Source of the DNA: an uncultured Enterobacteriaceae bacterium
GTDB lineage: Bacteria; Pseudomonadota; Gammaproteobacteria; Burkholderiales; SG8-39
Length of the DNA stretch: 64,000 nt
Direction: 5' to 3'
Assembly (NCBI GenBank): GCA_964631735.1
Contig: CAZVZV010000042.1
Span: 20,321 to 84,320, forward strand
Shown: one piece after another, positions 28,124 to 37,278 of the stretch
Layout of the letters: every line of letters starts with the position of its first letter
Position numbering within the stretch: position 1 is the stretch's first letter
Program-made: the position numbers and the translations under genes
The notes under the pieces: generated by a model
What the model saw: the letters and a program-made list of their open reading frames with translations, nothing else
What the model was told of the DNA's origin: nothing
Database searches by the model: none

Positions 28124-31100
28124 ATGATCTACCGCGTTGGTGCATGCACCATCGACACCCAGGTGTACGAGGTGCGAAAGGACGGGCACCGTATTGTCGT
28201 AGAGCCCCAGGTGTTCGACCTGCTCGTGATGCTGCTCACGAACAGCCATCGGGTGGTCACGAAGGACGAGATTCTTGCGGCGATCTGGAATGGACGGATC
28301 GTTTCCGAGGCCGCTCTATCCAGCCGGATTGCGGCAGCGCGCAAGGCCATCGGGGATGACGGCAAGTCGCAGTCGCTGATCCGGACGGTTCAACGGCGGG
28401 GGTTCCGGTTCGTCGGTACGTTCTCCAACGAGCCGATCGAAAACAGCGGCCAGACGGCGGCCGGCGATGGTCCAGCCGTAGCGGAGGCGCTGCCAGCCGA
28501 CCTGGCTCCCGGGGCCGAACGGATCGACGGCGAGATCGTTGCGGGCGAGCGCAAACTTGCAACCGTGCTGTGTGCAGACTGCAAGGATTCGCTGGAACGC
28601 ATTGCCGAGCAGGATCCCGAGGAAGGCCTGAAAATCCTCGACGCAGTCCTCCAGCTGATGGCGCAAGCCGTTCGGCGCTACGAGGGAAGCGTTAATCTGG
28701 TGACGGGCGACGGGATCGTCGCGCTGTTCGGGGTGCCGATCGCGCAGGAGGACCATGCCGTTCGGGCCTGCTTCGCGGCGCTTGAGATCCGGGAGGCGGT
28801 AAAGCAATTTGCCCAAACCCTGAATCGCGCGCCGGCCATCCCGATACTCGTGCGCGCAGGATTGAACTCCGGGGAGGTCGTGACCCGCCCGGTCGCGAGC
28901 GACCCGGACGCGGCCTACCGGGCGATGGGCCACGCGAGCCACCTTGCCGCGCGGCTTGCGCAGATCGCAGCACCCGGGACATTGCTGATCAGCGCGGAAA
29001 CCCTGCGACTTGCGGAGGGCCATGTCCACGCGAAGGCGCTGCAGCCCGCCGGCGTGACCGTTGCCCCCTACGAGCTGCTGGGGACCGGGCCAGCGCAGAC
29101 GCGCTTCCAGGCGCTGGCAGCTCGGGGGCTCACGGATTTCGTCGGTCGCGGTGCCGAGCTGGAGCAACTCGAGCGCATGCAAGGCAGAGCCCGGCAGGGG
29201 CATGGCCAGGTGGTCACTGTCATCGGCGAGGCGGGTCTGGGCAAATCGCGCCTTCTTCACGAATTTCTCCATCCGCAAACCGCATCGGACTGGTTGGTGC
29301 TCGAGACGGCGTCGCTTTCCTATCGCAAATCCACCAACTACCAGCCGATGATCAGGCTGCTGAAGAGCTACTTCAGAATCGAAATCAGCGACGACGTCCG
29401 CGCGCTGCGCAACAAGGTCGCCGATCGGCTGCTGGAGCTCGATCCGGTGCATATACCCGACCTCCCCGCGTTTCTCGCGCTGCTCGATGTCCCCGTCGAG
29501 GACCCATCTTGGCAAAGCCTCGACGCTTCGCAGCGTCGTCAGCGCACGCTCGAGGCACTCAAGCGCTTGATCCTGCGCGAGTCCCAGCGCCAGCCCGTGA
29601 TCCTGGTCGTCGAGGACCTCCACTGGATCGACGGCGAAACACAGGCGTTTCTGGAGACGCTGGTCGACAGTCTGGCTTCGGCGCCGCTCTTGCTGCTTCT
29701 GACTTATCGTCCGGAATACGAGCACCGCTGGGGCGGCAAGAGCTACTACACACAGCTGCGCCTCGACGTCCTGTCGCCGGAGATGACCAAAGAGTTCGTG
29801 CGCAACCTGGTGGGCGACGACGCGAGCCTTACCGGCCTGAAGGACCTGTTGCCGAAGGACGGGAATCCATTCTTTCTCGAGGAGAGCATCCGCACGCTCG
29901 TCGAGACGAACCTGCTGGAAGGCAGTCGGGGGGCCTACCGCCTGGTCCGGCCGCTGCAGTCGCTGCAGATCCCGCCCACCGTCCAGGCCGCCTTGTCGGC
30001 GCGCATCGATCGCCTGGCTGCGGCCGACAAGCGGCTTCTGCAGGCGGCGTCGGTCGTCGGCTCGAACGTACCACATGCGATCCTGCGCAGCATCGCCGGG
30101 CTGGAGGATGACCACCTTCGTCGCGGTCTCGCGAAGCTGCAGGAATCCGAATTCCTGTATCAGGCCCGCCTCTTTCCCGACCAGTCGTACACCTTCAACC
30201 ACGCTCTCACGCACGACGTCGCCTACGGAAGTCTTCTCGGCGAGCAGCGCAGAGTACTGCACCGGCAAATCGTCGACGCGATCGAACGGCTCTATCCTGA
30301 TCGGTTGGCCGAGCACGTCGAGCGGCTGGCCCACCATGCGTCGCGGGGCGAAGTCTGGGATAAGTCGGTAACCTATTTGCGGCAGGCGGGGGCGAAGGCC
30401 TTCACCCGCTCGGCCAACCGCGAGGCAGCCACGTACTTCGAGCAGGCGCTGACGGCGCTGGCCCAGCTTCCCGCAACCGCGGAGACGCTGGAGCCTGGCG
30501 TCGACGTTCGTCTCGCGCTGCGCAATGCGCTCTGGCCCCTCGGACGCTTCGAGACCGGCTTCGGACATCTACAGGATGCCGAACGCCTGGCCGCGGAGCT
30601 CGGCGATCAACGCCGGCTGGGATGGATTGCGGCGTACATGAGCGAGCACACGCGCCAGACTGGACTGGCGACGGACGCCCCGGCATTCGCAGAGCGCGCC
30701 CTGGGGATCGCCGAGGGACTCGGGGATCTGCCGCTGCGCGTGGCGGCGAACTACTACCTCGGCACGGCCAACTTCGTGGCGGGCAACTACCGGCAGACCG
30801 ACGAGTTCTTCTCGACAATCCTCGAACTGCTCGCGGGCGAGAAGTTTCGCGACCGCTGCGGGCTGGCGGGGTTTCCAGCCGTGATGTCCCGCATGTTCTG
30901 GCCGCTGGCGCTTGCCGAGCGCGGCGAGTTTCAGCGCGCGCTGGCCGAGGCGCAGGAGGGCGTACGGCTTGCCGAGGCGCTCGATCACCCATACAGCCTG
31001 ATCTGCGCGATGCGCGCCGTGGGCCGCGCCCACGGCGCCCGGGGAGATTTTGGTCTCGCGATCCCCATCGCGGAGCGGAGCCTCGCGCTGTCGCGTGACA

Positions 31101-31642
31101 GGAACCTTCCGCAGCTCTTTCCGGAAGTGGCGGATCTGCTGGGCTATCTTTACGCGCAATCGGGACGCATCGCGGAGGGTCAGAAGCTGCTCGAAGAGTC
31201 TCTGGCAGCGCTGGAATCCATGGCGATGTTCCAGTGGCGCTCGTCCGTGCTCGTCCATCTCGGTGAGACTTGCCTGCTGGCGAGCCGGTCGGAGCAGGCC
31301 TTCGCGCTAGCGGAACGGGCTCTGACGCTGTCGCGGGAACGCGGTCACCGTGGCTACGAGGCCTGGACCCTTCGCCTACTGGGCGAGATTGATTCGCATC
31401 ATGACCGCTCCGACGTGGCGACGGCCGAAGCGCACTACCTCGCTGCAGCGGCCCTTGCATCTGAGCTCGGCATGCACCCGCTCGCGGCACACTGCCACGT
31501 CGGGCTTGGCAAGCTGTATCGTCAAGCGGGCGACCCCGAGAAAGCGAAAGAGCACCTGGCCATCGCAACGGGAAGCTATCGCCAATTGGGCATGCACTTC
31601 TGGCTGCAAAAGACGAGTGCGGAGATGGGGTCGCTCGAGTAA
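28124..31642 (+). CDS. Multidomain regulator: OmpR/CadC-type winged helix, class III cyclase-like domain, P-loop NTPase (STAND/AAA-like), and TPR array
   Basis: 1172 aa. Residues 1-100 form the wHTH (LIRTVQRRGFRF). Residues about 143-320 are cyclase-like (ATVLCAD, VTGDGIVALFG, RAGLNSGEVV). Walker A is GEAGLGKS (aa 368-375) and Walker B is ILVVEDLHW (aa 492-500). The C-terminal ~500 aa are TPR-like repeats. Confidence 0.85.
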   Translation: MIYRVGACTIDTQVYEVRKDGHRIVVEPQVFDLLVMLLTNSHRVVTKDEILAAIWNGRIVSEAALSSRIAAARKAIGDDGKSQSLIRTVQRRGFRFVGTFSNEPIENSGQTAAGDGPAVAEALPADLAPGAERIDGEIVAGERKLATVLCADCKDSLERIAEQDPEEGLKILDAVLQLMAQAVRRYEGSVNLVTGDGIVALFGVPIAQEDHAVRACFAALEIREAVKQFAQTLNRAPAIPILVRAGLNSGEVVTRPVASDPDAAYRAMGHASHLAARLAQIAAPGTLLISAETLRLAEGHVHAKALQPAGVTVAPYELLGTGPAQTRFQALAARGLTDFVGRGAELEQLERMQGRARQGHGQVVTVIGEAGLGKSRLLHEFLHPQTASDWLVLETASLSYRKSTNYQPMIRLLKSYFRIEISDDVRALRNKVADRLLELDPVHIPDLPAFLALLDVPVEDPSWQSLDASQRRQRTLEALKRLILRESQRQPVILVVEDLHWIDGETQAFLETLVDSLASAPLLLLLTYRPEYEHRWGGKSYYTQLRLDVLSPEMTKEFVRNLVGDDASLTGLKDLLPKDGNPFFLEESIRTLVETNLLEGSRGAYRLVRPLQSLQIPPTVQAALSARIDRLAAADKRLLQAASVVGSNVPHAILRSIAGLEDDHLRRGLAKLQESEFLYQARLFPDQSYTFNHALTHDVAYGSLLGEQRRVLHRQIVDAIERLYPDRLAEHVERLAHHASRGEVWDKSVTYLRQAGAKAFTRSANREAATYFEQALTALAQLPATAETLEPGVDVRLALRNALWPLGRFETGFGHLQDAERLAAELGDQRRLGWIAAYMSEHTRQTGLATDAPAFAERALGIAEGLGDLPLRVAANYYLGTANFVAGNYRQTDEFFSTILELLAGEKFRDRCGLAGFPAVMSRMFWPLALAERGEFQRALAEAQEGVRLAEALDHPYSLICAMRAVGRAHGARGDFGLAIPIAERSLALSRDRNLPQLFPEVADLLGYLYAQSGRIAEGQKLLEESLAALESMAMFQWRSSVLVHLGETCLLASRSEQAFALAERALTLSRERGHRGYEAWTLRLLGEIDSHHDRSDVATAEAHYLAAAALASELGMHPLAAHCHVGLGKLYRQAGDPEKAKEHLAIATGSYRQLGMHFWLQKTSAEMGSLE

Positions 31643-31713
31643 TACAGGCACCGTATCGTTGGTTATTTCAACCCCGCTGGGCAACCCGAAAATTAGCTGC
31701 CGAATTCAGCGTC

Positions 31714-32298
31714 ATGGAATTAGCTCGACAGATTGCCTCAATCGGTCTTGCCATTCCGGGCGCATTGATCGCTCTGTTCAACGCATGGGTAATTGTCAAC
31801 CAGCTGAACGGCAGGCACTCTCCTTCCGTATTTCCGTTTGTTGGCGGATTGATGTTATTTGGCGCCGGGTTGATGTATCCCGATTCCAACAGTTGGAAAT
31901 TGGCATTGCTGGGGCTTGTCGTTGACTATGGATGCCTGCCGTATGCCGTCCTCGCATCCATTTCTGTCTATCTGGATAGCAGGAAGTATTCAGCGAAAAA
32001 CAGATTGCTTGCTCTGGCCATTGATACGCCAAACCTGACTGGTGTCGTCCTCTTGTTCCTTGGGAATAATGCGATCCTGGAATACGCCATGAAGGATGGC
32101 AGGCAATCCGGTTCAATCGTCATGACGTCTAGACATGACGCCGGAATGCGGGAGATAGAAATCGCGAACAATGATGTATTGGTTCGATTCGCGAGACTGG
32201 AGGGGGGATGGGCGGTACAAGAGGAGCGTGGATGGAAGGACGGCAGGATGACGTTGCTCAACGCATCGGTGCAAGAAAGGCTGCAACAGGGGCAATGA
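31714..32298 (+). CDS. Hypothetical membrane protein (low-GC ORFan)
   Basis: 194 aa. About three predicted TM helices in the N-terminal 90 aa plus a ~100-aa soluble tail. Hand-counted lines give 45-52% GC against about 70% in the flanks. The stop overlaps the next ATG. Confidence 0.6.
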   Translation: MELARQIASIGLAIPGALIALFNAWVIVNQLNGRHSPSVFPFVGGLMLFGAGLMYPDSNSWKLALLGLVVDYGCLPYAVLASISVYLDSRKYSAKNRLLALAIDTPNLTGVVLLFLGNNAILEYAMKDGRQSGSIVMTSRHDAGMREIEIANNDVLVRFARLEGGWAVQEERGWKDGRMTLLNASVQERLQQGQ

Positions 32299-32783
32299 AC
32301 ATGGAAAAACCATTTCCCATCGAAGGCGGCTGTACCTGCCGCTCGGTGCGCTACCGAATGACGAGCAAACCCATGTTCGTCCATTGCTGCCACTGCACCT
32401 GGTGCCAGCGCGAGACCGGGACTGCGTTCGCGCTCAACGCCATGATCGAAGCCGGCCGCGTCGAGCTGCTGCAGGGCGAAGTGGAAGTGGTCAATACGCC
32501 CTCCAACAGCGGCAAGGGGCAGAAGATCACCCGCTGCCCCAGGTGCCGCATCGCACTCTGGAGCAACTACGCAGGGGCGGGGGACGCAGTGCGTTTCGTG
32601 CGCATCGGGACTCTCGACGAGCCTGGGCGGTTTCCGCCAGACATGCATATCTTCACGTCAACGAAGCAACCCTGGGTGGTGCTGCCGGCGGGTACGCCTG
32701 CGGTGCCGGAGTACTACAAGGCCTCCGAGCATTGGCCGAAGGAAAGCCTCGAACGCCGCGCGGCGTTGAAGGCTGGCAGATAA
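32295..32783 (+). CDS. GFA-family protein (glutathione-dependent formaldehyde-activating enzyme fold)
   Basis: 162 aa. GGCTCRSVRY, CHCTWCQRETG and CPRCR cysteine motifs. Confidence 0.85.
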   Translation: MNMEKPFPIEGGCTCRSVRYRMTSKPMFVHCCHCTWCQRETGTAFALNAMIEAGRVELLQGEVEVVNTPSNSGKGQKITRCPRCRIALWSNYAGAGDAVRFVRIGTLDEPGRFPPDMHIFTSTKQPWVVLPAGTPAVPEYYKASEHWPKESLERRAALKAGR

Positions 32784-32791
32784 TCAGGCCG

Positions 32792-33481
32792 GTGAGAGTC
32801 GCTATTGTCGCCGCGTCCGCGGCTGTTGTGATGGCCTGGGCCAACCCTGCGTCGGCCCAGCTCGAGAACATCACCAATAGAGAGGCGGTCTCGGCTCTGA
32901 GGACCGCCTTGGAAAAGGGTTCTCGCGCGGCGGTGGACCAGTTGGGGAAGGAGAATGGATTTTTCGGCGACACCCGGGTGAAGATTCCCTTGCCGCAGTC
33001 GCTGCAGCGTGCGGAGCGCACCATGCGGCGCTTGGGGCTGGGCAAGTACTCCGATGAGCTGGTTCTCACCATGAACCGTGCGGCGGAGGCCGCGGTGCCG
33101 GAGGCGAAGCAGCTGTTCGTGGACTCGGTGAAGAAGATGTCGGTGCAGGACGCGAAGGGGATCTTGACGGGCGGGGAGACCTCGGGGACGGAGTACTTCA
33201 AGCGCACCACGACGGATCAACTGCGCAAGAGGTTTCTGCCCATGGTGAAGAAATCTACGGAGAAGGTGGGCCTTGCGCAGAAGTACAACCAATACGCAGA
33301 GCAGGGAGTGGCGCTCGGGCTGGTGAAGCAGGAGCAGGCCAACCTCGACGACTATGTGACGCAGAAGGCCCTGGACGGCCTTTACTTCATGGTGGCGGAG
33401 GAAGAGAAGAAGATCCGCAAAGACCCGGTGGGCACCGCGTCCAGCATCCTCAAAAAGGTCTTTGGTGAATTGAGAAAATAG
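32792..33481 (+). CDS. DUF4197-like secreted protein
   Basis: 229 aa. GTG start, signal peptide ending ASAQ, and GFFGDTRVKIPLP typical of DUF4197. Confidence 0.7.
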   Translation: MRVAIVAASAAVVMAWANPASAQLENITNREAVSALRTALEKGSRAAVDQLGKENGFFGDTRVKIPLPQSLQRAERTMRRLGLGKYSDELVLTMNRAAEAAVPEAKQLFVDSVKKMSVQDAKGILTGGETSGTEYFKRTTTDQLRKRFLPMVKKSTEKVGLAQKYNQYAEQGVALGLVKQEQANLDDYVTQKALDGLYFMVAEEEKKIRKDPVGTASSILKKVFGELRK

Positions 33482-33496
33482 GGTCAGACCCCTTTT

Positions 33497-36202
33497 TCAA
33501 TGCGCCTGATCCCAATTCTCTCCCACCCCGACGTCGACGATCAGCGGCACTTCGAGCTGCGCCACGTTCTGCATCAGCTCGCGCACCTGCTTCTTCGCTT
33601 CCTCCAGCTCGCCCTCCGGCACTTCCAGCACCAGCTCGTCGTGCACCTGCATGATGAGCAGGGTCTTCAGCTTCTCCCTGTCCAGCCAGCCCTGCACCGC
33701 GATCATCGCCAGCTTGATCAGGTCAGCGGCCGTGCCCTGCATCGGCGCGTTAATCGCCGCGCGCTCGGCGCCCTGGCGCCGCGCCGGGTTGGATGACTTG
33801 ATCTCCGGCAGCCACAGCCGCCGGCCGAACACGGTTTCGACGTAGCCCGCGGCGCGCGCTTTTTCCCGCGTCTCGTCCATGTAGCGCTTCACCCCCGGGT
33901 AGCGGGAGAAATACGAATCGATGTAGACCTGCGCCGTGGCGCGCTCGATGCCCAGGTTCTGCGCCAGTCCGAACGCGCTCATGCCGTAGATCAGGCCGAA
34001 GTTGATCACCTTGGCGGTGCGCCGCTCGTCCGGCGACACCTTGTCCAGCGGCACACCGAAGACTTCCGCCGCGGTGGCGCGGTGCACGTCGTGGCCATGG
34101 GCGAAGGCGTGACGCAGCCCTTCATCCCCCGAGAGGTGCGCCATGATGCGCAGCTCGATCTGCGAGTAGTCCGCGCTGATGATCTTGCTGCCCTTCGGGG
34201 CGACGAAGGCCTCGCGGATGCGCCGGCCCTGCGGCGTGCGGATCGGGATGTTCTGCAGGTTGGGGTCGTTGGAGGCGAGCCGCCCGGTCACCGCCACCGC
34301 CTGCGAGTAGGTGGTGTGCACGCGCCGGGTTCCCGGGTGGACCATGCGTGGCAGCTTGTCCGTGTACGTGGATTTCAGCTTAGCGAGGCCGCGGTACTCG
34401 AGCAGCAGCTTGGGCAGCGGGTAGTCGAGCGCGAGCTCGGTGAGGACGTCCTCGTCGGTGGAAGGCTGGCCGGAGGGCGTTTTCTTCTTCACCGGCAGCT
34501 TCTGTTTGTCGAACAGAATCTCCTGGATCTGCTTGGGCGAGTTGAGGTTGAACGGCTGGCCCGCGGCCTGATAGGACTTTTGCTCGAGCTCGAGCATCTC
34601 CTTGCCCAACTCGTGGCTCTGCGCTTCCAGCTTCGCCCCATCGAGCAGCACGCCGTTCCTCTCCATGCGCAGCAGTACCGGCATCACCGGCATCTCGATC
34701 GTCTCGTAGACCTCTCGCAGCCGCTGTTGCGCCGAGATCTTCGGGTAGAGCGCCTCGTGCACCGCGAGCGCACAGTCCGCGTCTTCCGCCGCGTACTCGG
34801 TGGCGCGGCCGATCTCCACCGCCGAGAACGAGATGCGCGACGCGCCTTTGCCGGTGACTTCGTCGTAGGAAATGGTCTTCCAGCCCAGGTGCCGCTGCGA
34901 AAGCGAATCGAGGTCGTGCCGCTCATGCACTTCGTAGACGTAGGATTCGAGCAGCGTGTCGTGCGCGATGCCGCCCAGGCGCACGCCGTGGTTGGCCAGC
35001 ATGTGTGCATCGAATTTCAGGTTCTGCCCGACCTTCCTGTGTTGCGCGCCTTCCAGCCAGGGCTGGAGGAGCTCGAGCGCCCTGGTCACGCCGATCTGCT
35101 CCGGCGCGCCCGGGTATTGGTGCGCGAGCGGCAGGTACGCCGCGTTCTCGCCGAAGGCGAAGGACATCCCGACCAGCGTCGCCACCATCGGCTCCAGGCC
35201 GGTGGTCTCGGTGTCGAAGCCGACTAACTCTGCTCTGTCCATCCGCGCCAGCCACGCGGCGAGCGCAGGCTCGTCGGCGAGGGTCACGTACTTGCGGCGT
35301 TTCGCCTCGGTGACCGCCTCCGCGGGCACGCTCGGCACCGCCGCGCCGCCCAGCTCGCCGAGCCAACTGCGAAAGCCGAAGCGCGCAAAGAGTTCTCGCA
35401 GCTTGGCCGCATCCTCTGTGCCGCCGAGGTCTTCCAGTTTCAACGGCAGCTTCACGTCGCGCTTCACGGTGAGCAGGCTCTTGCCCTTGGGCAGCCAGTC
35501 CAGCGTCCGCCTCAGGTTCTCGCCCACCACGCCCGGAATCTCGCTTGCGTGCTCGATCACCGCGTCGAGCGAGCCGTACTGCTGGATCCACTTCGCTGCG
35601 GTCTTGGGTCCCACCTTGTCCACGCCGGGCACGTTGTCCACGGCATCGCCGGTCAGCGCGAGGTAGTCCACGATCTGGTCGGGCGACACGCCGAACTTCC
35701 TGCGCACACCCTCGGCATCGAGCGTCTCGTTCGACATGGTGTTGACCAGCGTCACGTGCTCGTCCACCAGCTGCGCGAGGTCCTTGTCACCGGTGGAGAT
35801 CAGCGAGCGCCAGCCCTTGCTCTTCGCTTCCTGCGCGAGCGTGGCGATGACGTCGTCGGCTTCGACGCCTTCGACCGCCAGCACCGGCCAGCCGAGCGCC
35901 AACACCGCTTCCTTCAGCGGCTCGATCTGCGCGGCGAGCGCCTCGTCCATCGGCGGGCGATTCGCCTTGTACTCGGGATACTCCGCGTCGCGGAACGTCG
36001 GGCCCCTGGCGTCGAACACGCAGGCGCGCGCCTCAGCCTTGTGATCGGCCGAGAGCCGCCGTAGCATGTTGAGCACGCCATAGATCGCGCCGGTGGGCTC
36101 GCCGCGCGGGCTCTGCAGTTCCGGCAGCGCATGGAAAGCCCGGTACAGGTAGGACGAGCCGTCCACCAGCAGGAGAGTTTTTTGCGGATCGTTCGCCGAC
36201 AC
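33497..36202 (-). CDS. polA: DNA polymerase I
   Basis: 901 aa from GTG 36202 (VSANDPQKTLLLVDGSSYLYRAFHA). Has a 5'-3' exonuclease domain, a 3'-5' exonuclease domain (FDTETTGL) and polymerase motifs (DYSQIELRI, QVHDEL). Confidence 0.95.
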   Translation of the reverse strand: MSANDPQKTLLLVDGSSYLYRAFHALPELQSPRGEPTGAIYGVLNMLRRLSADHKAEARACVFDARGPTFRDAEYPEYKANRPPMDEALAAQIEPLKEAVLALGWPVLAVEGVEADDVIATLAQEAKSKGWRSLISTGDKDLAQLVDEHVTLVNTMSNETLDAEGVRRKFGVSPDQIVDYLALTGDAVDNVPGVDKVGPKTAAKWIQQYGSLDAVIEHASEIPGVVGENLRRTLDWLPKGKSLLTVKRDVKLPLKLEDLGGTEDAAKLRELFARFGFRSWLGELGGAAVPSVPAEAVTEAKRRKYVTLADEPALAAWLARMDRAELVGFDTETTGLEPMVATLVGMSFAFGENAAYLPLAHQYPGAPEQIGVTRALELLQPWLEGAQHRKVGQNLKFDAHMLANHGVRLGGIAHDTLLESYVYEVHERHDLDSLSQRHLGWKTISYDEVTGKGASRISFSAVEIGRATEYAAEDADCALAVHEALYPKISAQQRLREVYETIEMPVMPVLLRMERNGVLLDGAKLEAQSHELGKEMLELEQKSYQAAGQPFNLNSPKQIQEILFDKQKLPVKKKTPSGQPSTDEDVLTELALDYPLPKLLLEYRGLAKLKSTYTDKLPRMVHPGTRRVHTTYSQAVAVTGRLASNDPNLQNIPIRTPQGRRIREAFVAPKGSKIISADYSQIELRIMAHLSGDEGLRHAFAHGHDVHRATAAEVFGVPLDKVSPDERRTAKVINFGLIYGMSAFGLAQNLGIERATAQVYIDSYFSRYPGVKRYMDETREKARAAGYVETVFGRRLWLPEIKSSNPARRQGAERAAINAPMQGTAADLIKLAMIAVQGWLDREKLKTLLIMQVHDELVLEVPEGELEEAKKQVRELMQNVAQLEVPLIVDVGVGENWDQAH

Positions 36203-36203
36203 G

Positions 36204-36920
36204 ATGACTGACGAAAAGCTGCTCAAACCGGTGAGTCCCGACCGGCGCGTCGATGCGCGCGAAGCGTGGCGGGTGTTCGGCATTATGTCAGAGTTCGTCG
36301 AAGCGACCGAGCGCCTCGCCAACATCCGCCCCGCGGTCTCGGTGTTCGGCAGCGCGCGCGTCGCGCCCGGCTCGCACACCTACCGCCTGGCGGAGGAGGT
36401 GTCGCGCTTATTGTCGGACGCGGGCTTCGCGGTGATTTCCGGCGGCGGTCCGGGAGTGATGGAGGCTTCCAACAAGGGCGCGTTTGCCGGCACGGCGCCC
36501 TCCATCGGCCTCAATATCGACTTGCCACGCGAGCAGCACGCCAACCAGTACCAGGACATCAGCCTGCGCTTCAAGCACTTTTTCACGCGCAAGGTGATGT
36601 TCGCCAAGTTCGCCACCGCCTATGTCGTGCTGCCGGGCGGCTACGGCACCCTGGACGAGCTGTTCGAGGCGCTCACCCTGGTGCAGACGGGCAAGACACG
36701 CAGGATGCCGATCATCCTGATGCACGAGCCATTCTGGCGCGACCTGCTGGGTTGGCTGCGTTCGCGGCTGGCGGCCGAGGGCATGATCGACGCGCGCGAC
36801 CTCGATCTTCTGCAGGTGATCGAGGAGCCGCAGGGGGTGGTGGACGCCATCTTTGCTTATTACGAGAAGCGCGGCTTCGAGCCTTCGCCCGCCGAGAGGG
36901 AGATTCTGCTCAACCTCTAG
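36204..36920 (+). CDS. LOG-family protein (TIGR00730, nucleotide 5'-monophosphate nucleosidase type)
   Basis: 238 aa. PGGYGTLDELFE (PGGxGTxxE) and GGGPGVMEA motifs. The ATG lies 1 bp from the polA start on the opposite strand. Confidence 0.85.
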   Translation: MTDEKLLKPVSPDRRVDAREAWRVFGIMSEFVEATERLANIRPAVSVFGSARVAPGSHTYRLAEEVSRLLSDAGFAVISGGGPGVMEASNKGAFAGTAPSIGLNIDLPREQHANQYQDISLRFKHFFTRKVMFAKFATAYVVLPGGYGTLDELFEALTLVQTGKTRRMPIILMHEPFWRDLLGWLRSRLAAEGMIDARDLDLLQVIEEPQGVVDAIFAYYEKRGFEPSPAEREILLNL

Positions 36921-36933
36921 TAAACTGCGATGC

Positions 36934-37263
36934 ATGCGCCGGCACCTCGCGACCGTGTTGTTGCCGATGGCGGTGGCCGCGCAAGCGCAAGTGCCGCCGC
37001 CGCCGAAACTCGAACCCTTGCCAGAGGCGCCCGAGCTTGCGGCCGACGCCGAGGGCCGCGCCGGAGATCCCGCCGTGCGCATTCCAGCCGGCAAAGACGA
37101 CAAGGTAGAGCATGTCAACTACGGCGGCCGCACGATGGTGAAAGTGACCCCGCCCGCCGGCAGGCCCTACTACCTCGTCGAGAGTGCTGACGGCTGGCTG
37201 CGCCGCGATTCGCTTGACGACGGCACGCGCGCGCCGATGTGGTTGATCCACGCTTTCGACTGA
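36934..37263 (+). CDS. DUF2782-like secreted protein
   Basis: 109 aa from ATG 36934. Signal peptide, PPPPKLEPLPE, and VKVTPPAGRPYYLVE. Confidence 0.65.
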   Translation: MRRHLATVLLPMAVAAQAQVPPPPKLEPLPEAPELAADAEGRAGDPAVRIPAGKDDKVEHVNYGGRTMVKVTPPAGRPYYLVESADGWLRRDSLDDGTRAPMWLIHAFD

Positions 37264-37278
37264 ACGGGTGCAGCTGGC

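Noticed and set aside
28316-30568. 750-aa minus-strand ORF
   Set aside because: Antisense to the multidomain regulator, which has clear wHTH, cyclase-like and P-loop motifs in the plus frame.
31714-32298. Calling the low-GC ORFan a Pycsar/CBASS-type cyclic-nucleotide-activated effector
   Set aside because: I could recognise no cNMP-binding, SAVED, TIR or nuclease motif, and the adjacent cyclase-like domain is embedded in a DNA-binding regulator. It is kept only as a speculative hypothesis in the findings.
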